NCBI RefSeq assembly: GCF_004010195.1
Contig: NC_057750.1
Coordinates: forward strand, 19,348,222-19,412,221
DNA from: Chiloscyllium plagiosum
Taxonomy: Eukaryota
Direction of reading: 5' to 3'
DNA: 64,000 nt
This document shows, piece after piece, positions 25,823-38,529 of the stretch; positions within the stretch are counted from its first letter, which is position 1; the number at the start of each line of letters is the position of its first letter. Under the pieces are notes generated by a model. The model ran no database searches. It was given only the letters and a program-made list of their open reading frames with translations, and was not told where the DNA came from. The translations under genes and the position numbers were made by a program.

Positions 25823-26564
25823 GTAAACTGCTGTTCAATGCTGGTAACACTTGATTGTGAGCAGGGAGGTCCTTCCTCTGTCCACCCACGTGATCTCCCA
25901 TGGTCCTGATTCCATCCTTGATCTCCAAATGCAGGTTAAAGGCAAGCTACTGACCCCCACAATCCTTGGATTCTTACTTGTCCCTGAGCTGAGTTTTGAG
26001 ACACTAATCCAGGTGTCACTGACACAATACTGCCATCGTTTCTTGGACTTGGAATTTTCAAACACTCTTTTGTCACCTTTAGACTCAAAATCCATCCTTT
26101 TGTCTGTCTGTTTCTTCCTCTCTATGTGCTCCTCCAGTCCCACAGCTAACCCCTCACCCTTTCCTCCAACTATGAAATCTCTGAACTCCAAATTTAGTTT
26201 CAACGTGATTGCCAGTTTCCTGCACTCTGCTATCTGTGGCTATAGCCTTCAGCTACAACAGCAGTAAAGCATAAAGTGTCCTCACTAAATCTCCCTGGAT
26301 GTGACTTTCTGATAATTCTTCAAAGTATGGGGCAGGTTGTTTGCGCCAAGTAGCAGGCCTCTCCTAATGATAGTAAAACTCACTGCACTGACCACCAATC
26401 AGCTCTTGAAGAGCTGACAGGCAGAGTGTGGGCAAGTTGCTGGACAAATCAGAGACTACAACACAGATGCTACCCCACTGAAAAGAGACACCATTGGCTG
26501 AGGTTTTCTCCTTGAGGGGTCAAGCAACAAGAAGGTCAGTAATTTAGCTTCTTGTCCACAAGAT

Positions 26565-27490
26565 TGTAAAACATAGGAGCAAAATTAGGCCATTCAGCCC
26601 ATTGAGTCTGTCCTGCCAGTCAATGAGATCAGATCATCTCAACTCCACTTTCCCGCCTTTTTCCCATAACCCTTGATTTCCTGAATGATTAAATATCTGG
26701 CTGTCTCAACCATGAATATATTTAATGACCCAGCCTCAGTAGCCATCACATGGAGAAAATGAGGACTGCAGATGCTGGAGAGTCAGAGTCGAAAAGGGTG
26801 GTTCTGGAAAAGGCACAGCAGGTCAGCATCTGAGGAGCAGGAGAGTGGACGTTTCAGGCATAAGCCCTTCATTAGGAATGTAGGATGGGAAGTGGGCGGA
26901 AAGATAAGTTGGAGAGTCGGGGTGAGGCTGGGGAAAGGTAGCTGGGAAGGCGGTTGGGGGTGGGAGTAAATGTGATAGGTCAGAAGGGTGGGTGGAGCAG
27001 ATAGGTGGGAAAGAAGATGGACAGGTAGCACAGGTCAAGAGGGTGGTACGGAGTTGGAGGGCTGTATCTGGGATAGAGTAGGTGGGAGGGGAGATTTGAA
27101 AACAGGTTTAGTCAATGTTGATGCAATATTGTTGTTGAGTCCCGAGGCAGAAGATGAGACGTTCTTCCTCTGGTTGCTGGATGGCTTTGATTTGGTGGTG
27201 GAGGAGGTCCAGGATTTGCATGTCCTTGTGGGAATGTGAGGGGCAGCTGAAGTGGTAAAGAATTCCACAGATTCATTACCCTTTGAGAGAAGAAATTCCT
27301 CCTTATTCTTTTAAATATGCAACCTCTTATTCTGAAATGATGCCCTCTGGTCCTGGACTCTCTGACAGGGGGAAACAACCTTTCCATATCTACCCTGTCA
27401 AGTACGCTCAGAAACTTGTGTGCTTAAATAAGGTCACCTCTCATCCTTCTTAACATCCAACGAGTACAGGCCCAATTTACTTAACTTGTC
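26565..27490 (-). mobile_element. CR1-type LINE 3' end with a nested PLE fragment
   Basis: Minus-strand ORF MERLFPPVRESRTRGHHFRIRG...FFSQRVMNLWNSLP, with the tail near 26570. Confidence 0.8.
26752..27250 (-). mobile_element. Penelope-like element 3' fragment with a mutated hammerhead core
   Basis: Similar to 42020-42592. Minus strand reads CTAATGA-AGGGC-TTAT-GCCT-GAAACGTC. Confidence 0.75.
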
Positions 27491-28025
27491 CTCCGAAGCA
27501 GCAAGGCAGCAGTCTTCATGTGGCAGGTGTTATGGAAAAGCTGGTCAGGGTTTAGAAGAGAACTGGCTTTCAGATGCCGTACCTTGCCCTCTCTCCATCT
27601 GTGCCTACAGTCACCAGGTTGGAGCAATTGGAGACCAAGCCTTAACTCAGCAGATTGGTTGCCATGGTTTTCTAGTCCAGAAGCTAGAAACCATTCCTGC
27701 CTGCTGCTGAACCCCAAAAATAGTGGAGGCGTGACCTCCCTTAAGCGGCTGTTGATTGACCAGTTAAGAGCCTTAATTGTTGGCAAGTCATAAACTTCTC
27801 CAAAAGATAGTCTCTCTTTCAGCACTTGGTTGACAACGATATGGGAAGGGGTTGCATTTCTCTCCAGGACAAACTCACCCCATTATTCCTTTCTCTTGCT
27901 ATCAGGCAGGAGAAAATTCTGCTCTCTGTCTGTCTCTCTCCTTTTTAGGCCTTTCTTCTCAAGAGTGTTGAGGATTTTTGACGTTTTAGCGATACAAACT
28001 TTGGAAATGTTATGTATTGCCTTGA

Positions 28026-28126
28026 TTTGGAGATGCCGGTGTTGGACTGGGGTGTACAAAGTTAAAAATCACACAATACCAGGTTATACTGTTGGACTAT
28101 AACCTGGTGTTGCGTGATTTTTAACT
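28026..28126. mobile_element. short fold-back element, probably PLE-derived
   Basis: 29-bp inverted arms at 28060-28088 and 28098-28126. Confidence 0.6.
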
Positions 28127-28209
28127 ATGATTAACGCAATGGCTGTCTGATGTTCTGACCACCGTGTCTTTTTTTTTCTTCTTCCCCCCTCCAATCTCTT
28201 CCCCCTCAG

Positions 28210-28392
28210 GGTTGCCCCACTTCACCAAGGAGCCACAGGATGCCCACGTGCACAGGGATGAGCCTTTTAACCTGAGCTGTGCTGCCGCAGGATCGCCAGA
28301 ATTGAAGGAGCTGATGTGGCTACAGGATGGGATGCCCGTACGCGTTGGGGAGAAAACTACAGCAATCTCACCATCAACCCTCTTCATCCAAG
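28210..28392 (+). CDS. AXL: AXL-like exon (Ig2 N-terminal part; equivalent to exon 4)
   Basis: Long polypyrimidine tract plus cag acceptor, donor G|gttagg; 183 nt, phase 1 to 1. Encodes GLPHFTKEPQDAHVHRDEPFNLSCAAAGSPELKELMWLQDGMPVRVGEKTTAISPSTLFIQ, a typical TAM Ig2 sequence. Confidence 0.9.
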
Positions 28393-28489
28393 GTTAGGAC
28401 ATGGTCTGAGGAGGGATGAGTTTACTCAGCAACATACTCACCAACATAAACCAAGCTCCAACTCCTCCCCCTCACATGCTCCATTTCTA

Positions 28490-28730
28490 AGAAGAGAGAC
28501 TGGTTCCATTAGCCCTAGGTTCACTGGAGTTGAGAAGAATGTGGGAGGATCTCATAGACACCTATAAAATTCAAAATGGGCTAGACAGGGTAAACACAGG
28601 AAGGATATTCCTGATGACTGGGGATCACAGTTTAATGGTACAGGGTAGGTCATTGAGGACTGGGATGAATAGAAATTTCTTCATCCAGAGAATGGTCAGC
28701 CTGTGAAATTCTCTGCCATAGGAAGTATGT
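28490..28730 (+). mobile_element. CR1-type LINE fragment
   Basis: ctggagttgagaagaatgtgggaggatctcatag...aaatttcttcatccagagaatgg matches the CR1 C-terminal region. Confidence 0.7.
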
Positions 28731-28732
28731 GT

Positions 28733-29336
28733 CGGCAGCACGGTGGCTCAGTAGTTTAGCAATGTTACCTCACAGCACCAGGCTCCCGGGTTCGATTCCA
28801 ACCTCGGGTAACTGCATCGGGTTTGCACATTCACCCTGTGTCTGCATGGGTATGCTCTGGTTTCTGCCCATAGTGCAAGGACCGACAGGGTAGTTGAGTT
28901 AGCTATGCTTAAATTGTTAATTAGAGAGCAAAGGGGTTTGGGTGGGTTACTCTTTGGAGGATTGGTGTTGGGCCATAGGGCCTGCTTCCACATTGTAGGA
29001 AATCGAAGTCATTTGTGGGCAGCATGGTGGCACAGTGGTTAGCACTGCTGCCTCACAGCGCCAGAGATCCGGGTTCAATTCCCGACTCAGGCGACTGACT
29101 GTGTGGAGTTTGCACGTTCTCCCCGTGTCTGCGTGGGTTTTCTCTGGTTTTCTCCCACAGTCCAAAGATGTGCAGGTCAGGTGAATTGGCCATGCTAAAT
29201 TGCCCGTAGTGTTAGGTAAAGGGTAACTGTAGGGGTATGGGTGGGTTGCGCTTCGGCGGGTCGGTGTGGACTTGTTGGGCCGAAGGGCCTGTTTCCACAC
29301 TGTAAGTAATCTAATCTAATCTAATCTAATCTAATC
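28733..29336 (+). mobile_element. two tandem HE1-type SINEs (old copy 28733-29000, young copy 29017-29336)
   Basis: The second copy is nearly identical to 4118-4449 and has an (aatct)n tail. Confidence 0.88.
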
Positions 29337-31519
29337 AAAGTAGTTATGGCTCAAATTATTTAATGTTTTCAGAAAGAAGGAGTTAAATCAAGTTCTTAGG
29401 GGGAGTGGGACCAAAGGGCTCGGGGTGAAAGTGGGAACAAATACTGAGTAGGGTGATCAGCCACAGTCCCATTGAATGGTAGAGCAGGCTTGAGGGGCTG
29501 AATGGCCTATTTCTGCTCCAGTTATGTGTGTTTTGTTGCCACACAGCATACCTCCAGTTGGTTATTTTCTGTAGCTCAAAATATTGTTTTCTTCGACTGT
29601 ATTTATATAACCATGTGGAACCTTGGATGTAGTAAGCCATCCCCACGGTTTTACAGACATGCTTACCAAAGCAATTTTGATAGTAAGCTATGTAAGAAGC
29701 AGTTGGTAACTAAGTACTAAAAGTTTCATTAGAGAGGTGGTTATTCAAAGACATCCGACAGGCAGTGAGTGAAGCAGAGAGGTTTCAGTCAGAAATTCCA
29801 GAGCTTAGGTCCTTGGCCACTGAAGGCACAGTTTCCACTGTAGGGACTACTGTTAAAATTGGAGATACACACAAGGCCAGGATTGAAAGGGTGCTGAGGT
29901 CCTGAGGCTCGGAGAAGGACACAGAGACAGGGGAAAGGAAAAGATTCTGAAGGGATTATAAAAAGTGACATGGATTTTTAAATCTGAAATGTTATTGGGG
30001 GAATGTAGTGAGAAACGGGAGTAATGAGCAAAGAGGATTTTGCATGAGTTTGGACCCTGGCAGCAGAGTTTTGGATGAGTTTGAGTTCATTGAAGGTGAA
30101 ACCAAGAGGGATAGTTTGGAGCCTTTGTAATTGAGACCAATCAAGTGAATGAGGCAAAGTAACCAGCTGGAATGGAGTGAAATCTTCCCTCCTCAGTTTA
30201 ACTCCTCACTCCTCTTTGAATTTCTTCTGCTGCATGACTCTCTGTCCCCTCACCACTTTTGTTCTTTGCTGTCCCAGTGTGTGCACTAAATTGGATCCAA
30301 ACTCAGAGACATTGCTATAAATAAGTGTTAAGTACAGGGCGATTAACTTGAGCCAGAACCTGCAATTCTGTTCCAATCACAGGCTCCAGTTGTTGCTGGT
30401 GATGCTGTCCTCAAATGATCCTGTGCCTCACTGAAACAGCAGAATGATCTCTGAAGAGACTCCCTCATTCCACTGAATGAGGGTTAGGATTCACGTCACG
30501 ATACACAAAAGGAGTTGACTGTCTGATCACATCGTGTTGTCCTTTTGTCATGAAATATTTTCTCCATGTAATCCAGGTGAAAGGAGGGAGACTTGCATTT
30601 TTACACAGTACCATTTGTGACCTAAAGTTATCCCAAAGACCTTTAAAACCAAGTCAATTCATACACAGTAAGATCCCACAAACAGCTGTAGGATATATTG
30701 GCAGACAAACTGATTTTTAGTGATGATGGATGCGAGAAAACTGTCGGTCCCAGGGGACTGAGCATAGGTGTGTAGGACTTTGAAGCAGAAAGCCATTCAG
30801 CCCTTCGAGCCTGTTCCACCATTCGTCAGATCACCGCAGAATAGTTTGTGGTCTCAGCTCCACTGTCTTTCCCTCCCATAGTCCTTGACTCCCTTGCCTT
30901 TCAAAGGGCGCATCAGCCACTGCCAGTGAATGTTAGTTCCTGGAGATACCAGGTCATTCCTGGAGAGTTGGGAACTGCTCCTTCAAACCCATTCAGTCCC
31001 ATTTAATCACATGACAAGAGCACTGTAGCCCAAGGCTCTGTAGCCTGAAATGATGCTCACTGTTCAGTCTTTCACACAGTCGCATGCGAACACATCACCT
31101 GAGAGAATCGATCACTTATCTCAATGTGTTCCTCTCTGTGTGGCCTCACTCAGAGTTTTATTATTGTCACAGTGAGTGAGCATTTTGACTGAGCTGAGAG
31201 TGAGGCATAGTGATAAGGAGCAGGATAATTTCAAATATGGTGGGAAGAAATCCTCCAACATGGTCAAACATGGAAGCTTTCACTTGAACAAGTGTGAACA
31301 GTGCACCCCAGAGACTGATTGTTGTTTCACTTCTGTGTTCAGGATGTGAATGCCGTGAGCTTTCAGGCTCCAGACACTGGCAGGCCTGCTGAGGGTAGAC
31401 TATACCAGGAAAGCTCTGAGCTCATTCACTCCCCAGATTACAGCCTTTTGTTTTACATTCATAGGTCATGAATGAAAGTCTAAAGAGAAACTCTCAATCC
31501 TGTCAGAGGTTCAGGATGG

Positions 31520-32140
31520 GTGAAGTGCTATACTGTTGGAGGGTCAGTGCTGAGGGAGCGCTGCACTGTCAGAGGGTCAGTGCTGAGGGAGCGCTGCACT
31601 GTTGGAGGGTCACTGCTGAGGGAGTGCTGCACTGTTAGAGGGTCAGTGCTGAGGGAGTGCTGCACAGTCGGAGAGTCAGTGCTGAGGGTGTGCTGCACTG
31701 TCGGAGGGCAAGTGCTGAGGGAGTGCCACACTGTCGGAGGATCAGTGCTGAGGGAGTGCTGCACTGTCAGATGGTCAGTACTGAGGGAGTACCGTACTAT
31801 CAGAGGGTCAGTATGAGGGAGCACCACACTGTTGGAGGGTCGGTACTGAGGGAATGCCAAACTGTTGGAGGGTCAGTACTGAGGAAGCGCCACACTTAGG
31901 GAGTGTCAGTGCTGAGGGAGTGCCACTGCTGAGGGAGTGCCATCTTGTCATAGGGTCAGCATGGAGGGAGTGCTACCCTGTCAGCCGATCAGTGCTGAGG
32001 GAACACTGCCCTACCAGAGGGTCAGGACTGATATAGGTCTGCACTGTCACAAAGTCCATGGTAAGGAAGGACCGGCCTATTAGAGAGTCAGTGCTGAAGG
32101 TTGCCTTGCTGTCAGAGGGTTGACGCTAAGGGAGCACTGC
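31520..32140. repeat. 33-bp minisatellite (ctgcactgtcggagggtcagtgctgagggagtg)
   Basis: Tandem units that degenerate toward the 3' side. Confidence 0.9.
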
Positions 32141-32343
32141 ATGAAGGAGATCTAGCCTGTTTGATAAGATTCAGGTCCTACCTGCACTCTGAAGTAGATT
32201 AATAGGTTTCTACAGCACTAGTTTGCTTAAGAGTAGAGATCTCCATCAATCGTCATCAAAAAGAACTAAATTAACCGTTTGACATGTCATTGACATTTAT
32301 CGGATCTGCTATGTGCACATTGACTGAGGGCCATATTTTTAAG

Positions 32344-32530
32344 TCAAGATTAGAGTGGTGCTGGAAAAGCGCAGCAGGTCAGGCAGCATCTGAGGAGCAG
32401 GAAAATCGATGTTTCGGGCAGGAGCCCTTCATCAGGAATTCCTTAGATGCTGCCTGACCTGCTGTGCTTTTCCAGCACCACTCTAATCTTGACTAATCTC
32501 CAGCATCTGCAGTCCTCACTTTCGTCAAGA
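32344..32530. mobile_element. palindromic PLE-derived mini-element with hammerhead core
   Basis: Inverted arms. Minus strand reads CTGATGA-AGGGC-TCCT-GCCC-GAAACATC at 32408-32435. Flanking repeat ccatattttt(t)aag at 32331 and 32531. Confidence 0.85.
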
Positions 32531-32800
32531 CCATATTTTTTAAGGCGAGAGAAGAAAGATTTAAGAAAGACATGAAGGGCAACATTTTTTACACAGAAGG
32601 TGGTTTATGTATGAAATGAACTTCCAGAGGATATGGGTACATTTACAACATTTAAAAGAATTTTGATAGGTATGTGAATAAGAAATATTTGGAGCAATAT
32701 GGGCCATATGTAGGCAACTAGAAATAGTTTAGTTTGGGATAATGGCCAGCATGGATTGGTTGGATCAAAGGGTCTGTTTCTGTGCTGTATGACTCTATGA
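32531..32800 (+). mobile_element. CR1/HER1 LINE 3' end
   Basis: Tail gggtctgtttctgtgctgtatgactctatgact. Confidence 0.8.
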
Positions 32801-35109
32801 CTGGTTCATTTCCCAAATAACAAGGTTGAAGCTCCTTACAAACTGCATTGGCCAGAAGGTGGTTTGGGACATTCTGAGGGTGAGAAGAGAGTGATGAAAA
32901 CATTGGTCTTCCTCTGTTTAATACTTCACTACCTGTCCCTTCTTACGTCAATAACCAGCAAGGTTCACCGGTTGGGAAAGAAATATTCCACGAAAATTTT
33001 GTACCTTGACTTATATTAGCTTGGTTCATCCAATCCATTGAAAAGGAGAGCGAAATTGTCGGATGGACTCATCATCAATAATTCTGTCATCTGTCTGATC
33101 GAATTTTGTTCCTGAAGTTTGCTGTCTGATTCTCCCCATACTCTCACTCCCTACTGCTGTGGAATTGTTCATCTACTGGCCACTTTATGCTTTGGATTGA
33201 TGAAACTGTGGCCAGTCTAAAGTCTTGTTTGCCTGCCTGCCCTGTATTGTCCTCTCCTTCCTCTAAACCTACTTTCTCTGGAGATTGCATTCGGGAGACT
33301 ATCTATACTGCTCTGTCAATGCACTGTCAGTCCACAGTGTGAGTCAAGAACACTCACTCAGACAGCTGGATCTGAGAGCAGTCTCATCTGGAGCTCATTG
33401 TAGAAGGAAATACAGCATGTTTATTCAGAGAATTCTCCGCATTCCTGAGCCAGACCTCAGCCTGAGTGGCTTCTGTTCCTACTGCAGCCTGAGATCCGAG
33501 TCAACCTGTCTCTCCCTCCAAGCAGTCTGCAAATTGCAGGGCTGAGTCAGTGTCGGAGTCGGCAGTTCTTAGATGCCACGTAAGATTGTGGCATATAACA
33601 GGCATTGAGAGTCTAAACACTGACAAACATCTTCAGCAGAAAAAATGTTACTGTCTGCTGGTGTACAGTTGTCATAGCCAGCTCAGTTTTAAGATCATTT
33701 TTCTTAGCGTATCTGAGAACCTTGAAGAAAAGAGGGATTGAAATGATACAATTGCTGAATCCTAACTTCCAATCTCCCTTTAGTACAGCGGGGAGGACAA
33801 GTGGCTTCGAGAATTGCAAGGACCAAGGAAGCAACTTCAGGCAACGGTTTCACTTTGGTGGTGGGGAAACTGTGAAATCATCACTCACCACAAAATCAAT
33901 AGTTACTTGGACAAATCAAGAAAGAAAAGTTGGTATGGATTTGTTAAGGGTTTAACCTGTTTTGATGAGACTCAAGAGAGGGTTGATGATGGTAAGGCTA
34001 TTGATGAAACGTACAGGGACTTCCTAAAGGCTTTCAGTACAGTACCACACATCAAGCTTCTTCCCTCCCTCACACTACCTTTGCCCTCGTGTTCCCTCCC
34101 TCACCTCTCTCAAGCTCTCCCTATCCTCTGTCCCTTCCTCTCCTCTCTCATGCTCCTCCCACCTCCCCCCAACTCTTGCGGTTGCTTTCGATCTCAGTAT
34201 TTTTTTTCCTCTTCACTCTCTCTCGCCCTATCACAATCCCTCCTTTTTCTCTCTCTTTCAAACCTGGAACCTGTACGAGTGTTGGTTCTGCTGGAAAATC
34301 TGTTTACCCTGGATGTGGATTCCCAAAGCAGCTCCAACGAAACATCTCATCGGCTGTAAACATTGTCTCTGGCTGTTCCAGAACTTACTGACGGCCATTG
34401 AAGTACTTTTGACATGCTATCACTATGAAGAAATGCAGGATCTGATGGTGTCTAGCAAACTCCCATAAACAGCCGTGTGGTTACATCTGCTGGGTATGTC
34501 TTTGTTATACCAACGCAAAATGCTGCTGATCTGGACAGCTAAAACCAGGACCCTAAAATACTGGAAATTCTCCGCAGGTCTGGCTGCACTTTTGGGGAGA
34601 AAAGCTGAGACAATAGGTGGAGTCTTCGAGAGCCCTGAGTAGTGAAGGTTTTAGAGAGATTTGTGGTAGAATCCCGCAAGAAGTCTAGTGAGGCCCATCT
34701 CAATTGCCAGAGCCACTTGCTGCATCTTTTATGTCTTTAGAGCGTGAGGTGAATTTCTCACAACGCATTGGGAAATTACCAATTACTTGTTAAATGCCTC
34801 AACTCACCTCATTACTATTCAGTTTCCCACCTTCCCAAATGCTCCAGAACAAGGAGAAAAAGAACAATGAGAATCCTCGACATGGGAGTCAGAGCTTGGC
34901 GATTGCTGCTCACCTCTTGCTCCAGAGGGCCTCCATGTTGGGGGCATCCTCAGCTCAGAGCAGGCTCAATGGACGACAGTCACATAGTCCCTCTTCCATA
35001 GACAATTGGCATCTGACCTTTGCCAGCTTTGAAGAGCTCTCAAGGCAATGTCTGACCCACTCATAGGACATTTCTGCACTTTGATGGTGTACCTTGGCCT
35101 ACTATCGTT

Positions 35110-35717
35110 GTATTGAGTACAGGGGTTGGGAGGTCATGTTGTGGTTGTACAGGACATTGGTTAGGCTACTTTTGGAATAGTGCATGCAATTCTGGTCTCC
35201 TTCCTATCAGAAGGATGTTGTGAACCTTGAAAGGGTTCAGAAAAGATCTACAAGGATGTTGCTAGGGTTGGAGGATTTGAGCTAAGGGAGAGGTTGAATA
35301 GGCTGGGATTGTTTTCCCTGAAGCGTCAGTGGCTGAGGGGGTGACCTTATAGAGGTTTATAAAATCATGAGGGGCATGGATAGGAAAAATAGACAAAGTA
35401 TTTTCCCGGGGGTGGGGGTCTCCAGAACTAGAGGGCGTAGGTTTAGGATGAGAGGGGAAAGATATAAGAGACCTAAGGGGCAACATTTTCACATAGAGGG
35501 CGGTGCGTGTATGGAATAAGCTGCTAGAGGAAGTGGTGGAGGCTGGTACAATTGCAACATTTAAGAGGCATTTGGATGGGTATATGAATAGGAAGGGTTT
35601 GGAGCAGTATGGGCCGGGTGCTGGCAGGCGGGACTAGATTGGGTTGGGATATCTGGTCAGCATGGACGAGTTGGACCGAAGGGTCTGTTTCCGTGCTGTA
35701 CATCTCTATGACTCTAT
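35110..35717 (+). mobile_element. CR1/HER1 LINE 3' end
   Basis: Highly similar to 47250-47860. Confidence 0.9.
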
Positions 35718-37419
35718 TGCTGGAGCAAGGACACTGTGCGCTAAGGGATGTGCATCCCTCACATGGACTGGACAAGGCTACATCTCCCAGCTGTTTGCTT
35801 GGTCTGATCATTCTCACAGCATCCCTGCCCTTGTCTTGTGTTATCGCACTTTGCTCCCTCAGCCAAGGACATTACAGCAGCATTGCCCTGCCCTTTAGCA
35901 CAGGCAGGGAAGCAGGAGGGCAGGAAGGCAAGTCGAGAGGGGTAACTTTAGATCAGGCATCCTGGCACTGTAATTCAAGAGCAGCCTCCAGTACCAGTCT
36001 CCGGGGCTTAGACACAGTCAGTTAGCTGCTTGCGGAGGTTGGAGTCAGGATCCCCTCCACGCAGGGCGTGAGGAGACAAATTTTGGGCAGCCCACCACTT
36101 GTCTTGATTCTGTCTGCCTTACTGTGGGCTGTTTGCCCCCTGGAATGAGAGTAAGGCAGGCATTAAGAGAGATGAAAGTGGGTGGCACCATTGGGGAAGG
36201 TATCTTGAGTGAGTGAGAAGGCAGCACAGTGGGTATTCAGAGTCAGTGGTGTTGGGGCTAAATTGGGGGGCTGGAGGTGGTGATGAGAGCAAGTGGGTCG
36301 ATGTTCCAGGTAGAGTACGGGCCCTTGGAGGGAGGTGTATGCAGTAGTGGAGATAGAGAGAGAATGGTGGCACTTGTGCTGCCAGATCGGACATTATTCC
36401 AACATTGCTGTGCATTCCTCAAGAGAGGAACATGTTGAGCGCAGGTTCCTTGATTTGATGCACTGGCTGAGGTGGCAATGTCTGGGTGGACCAGGTTGGC
36501 ATGAACGGGTGTCATGGCCTCCCTTACTGGTCCTGGGGGGGGGGAAAACACAACAGCCCACTTTGCACCATCCCTTCCAGCATGACGTCCAGGTCCTTGT
36601 CCGCAACATATCAAATGCCCCACTTGCCGCCATGTCCTGGGAAATGCCAGAAACCACTCCGAAGTGCAGCTCCAGGCTGACCATCTTGTTTGGGTCACCA
36701 TTCCCATTTGAAGATGGTTCCAGGGTTGCCAGTCCATTCTGGGATATCCTAAAGGCGGTGAGTTGTTCCAGCAACAGCGTGTGGTAAGATGGGGCTAGAT
36801 TTAAATGTAAGGAATGCTATAGGGCTGGAGCAGGTAGTTAATGAGATGACACAAAAACAGAAATTGCTGGAGAAAACCAACAGGTCTGGCAGCATTGTAG
36901 AGTGAATTAACTTTTGGAGTCCAGTGACCTTTTGTCAGAACTGAAAACAGCCGGAGAAAGGTGGTATTTGCTAGGTTCCCAGCGTCAGTGACAAATCTGT
37001 TCCTTGACGATTCACAGCTCACACATTTACACTTGGCAGATTCTGATGTTGGCGATTGATGGATGGCGCCTTGCCTGCTGTTTCTCTACCCTCCAGTGAA
37101 CAGCTTTTTCAGGTCAATAGCCTGAAGTGATAAGGATGTGGGCCTGCTGTGTAATTCAGTAAAGAGGCCTTTGACTAGAAAAACTGGATTAAGAAGCCAG
37201 CTCCTGCATATACTCACTGACTGCAGGCAGGGACATGTTGAGCGCTGGTTCCTTGCTTTGTACAATTCTCAGGAGTCTCCAGCTTATGATTGTATTCCTC
37301 CAGCTATAATTAGACTCATTTACACACGCACAGAAAGCTGCGTTTTATTTGAAAATGCTGATTTGTCTCCCTGTTCTCCTAAAGTCATTAACAAGCGCAA
37401 ATCTCCATTTATAAGCGAA

Positions 37420-37582
37420 TAAACCCAAGAATTGCGGATGCTGGAAATCTGACAAAAAAAACCCCAGAAATTGTTGAAGAAATTCAGCAGGTCTGACAGC
37501 ATCAATTCTGAAGAAGGGTCACTGGACCTGAAATGTTAACTCTGCTTTCTCTTCACAGATGCTGCCAGACCTGCTGAGTTTC
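37420..37582. mobile_element. fold-back PLE-derived mini-element (second family) with a sense-strand hammerhead-like core
   Basis: CTGAAGA-A-GGGTC-ACTG-GACCT-GAAA-TGTT at 37508-37537, with inverted arms. Related fragments at about 34545, 36850 and 50450. Confidence 0.75.
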
Positions 37583-37659
37583 TGTAGCAATTTCTCATTT
37601 GTAAATGGTTATTTGTACTGCTAATCTCATACAGGGAGGCTCATGGATTGTAGAGCTGC

Positions 37660-37920
37660 TTTTTGGTGGAAGATTGGGAAGAAGAAATAAATTTTCAAAT
37701 TGCCAATTGTCTCTCGAACTGAGTTGACTTTCTTGACCACTTCAGAGGGCAGTCATGAGTCAACCATATCGCTGTGGGTCTGGAGTCACATGTAGGTCAG
37801 ACCTGGGTAAGGGGGACATAATTCCTTCCCTAATAGACAACAGTGAACCGGATGGATTCTTACAATAATCAATGAGAGTTTTATGGTCACCATCAGTGGG
37901 ACTGGCGTTCAATTCAGATT
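37660..37920 (-). mobile_element. second SINE family copy
   Basis: gctgtgggtctggagtcacatgtagg is the reverse complement of the 12030-12060 motif. Confidence 0.7.
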
Positions 37921-38529
37921 TTCGAGAAGGAGAAATGAATAAACTACCTGTAATTCCTAAACGTAAACCTACTGAGTACGTTAGAGCTCCATTTTGAAGG
38001 ATAGGTTGGACCAGTATGTGTCATTTTGCAACTTTTATTGCTTTTCCCTTCTGGATTTTTAATTGAAATGCATTTCCATTAGCTCAGATGTTGTGATTTG
38101 AACCCATGTTCCCAGAATATTCACAAGTGCCTCCGGGCTGCTGGTCCAATGTCACTACTACTGCACCACTATCTTGTGCTTTTCTCTGCCGCACTGATTG
38201 CTTATAATGATCCAAATCAGATTTACATGAAGGATTCCTCGGACCTTTACCATGATGACTATTCATGGATCTCCCTTGCACAGCACCACCTGTCCAACAG
38301 ATCACCGCCTCCTGCATGAATACTGTGCATCAACCTCACTGCTATGACAGTACAAGTTCACCATTTGGCCCTTTGAACCTTCTCTGCTATCCAACAAGCT
38401 CCATTCCAACTTCCCATATTCCTTAATATCATGAATATCCAAGGAAACCTAACAAAGTGTGTATTCGATATACTGAAGAATGGAGAATCCACAGCCCCTC
38501 GGACAGAAATCTGAAGAGCAAAATAATTT

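Noticed and set aside
31520..32140. CRISPR-like periodic array
   Set aside because: Units are contiguous with no unique spacers, there are no cas genes, and the context is vertebrate.
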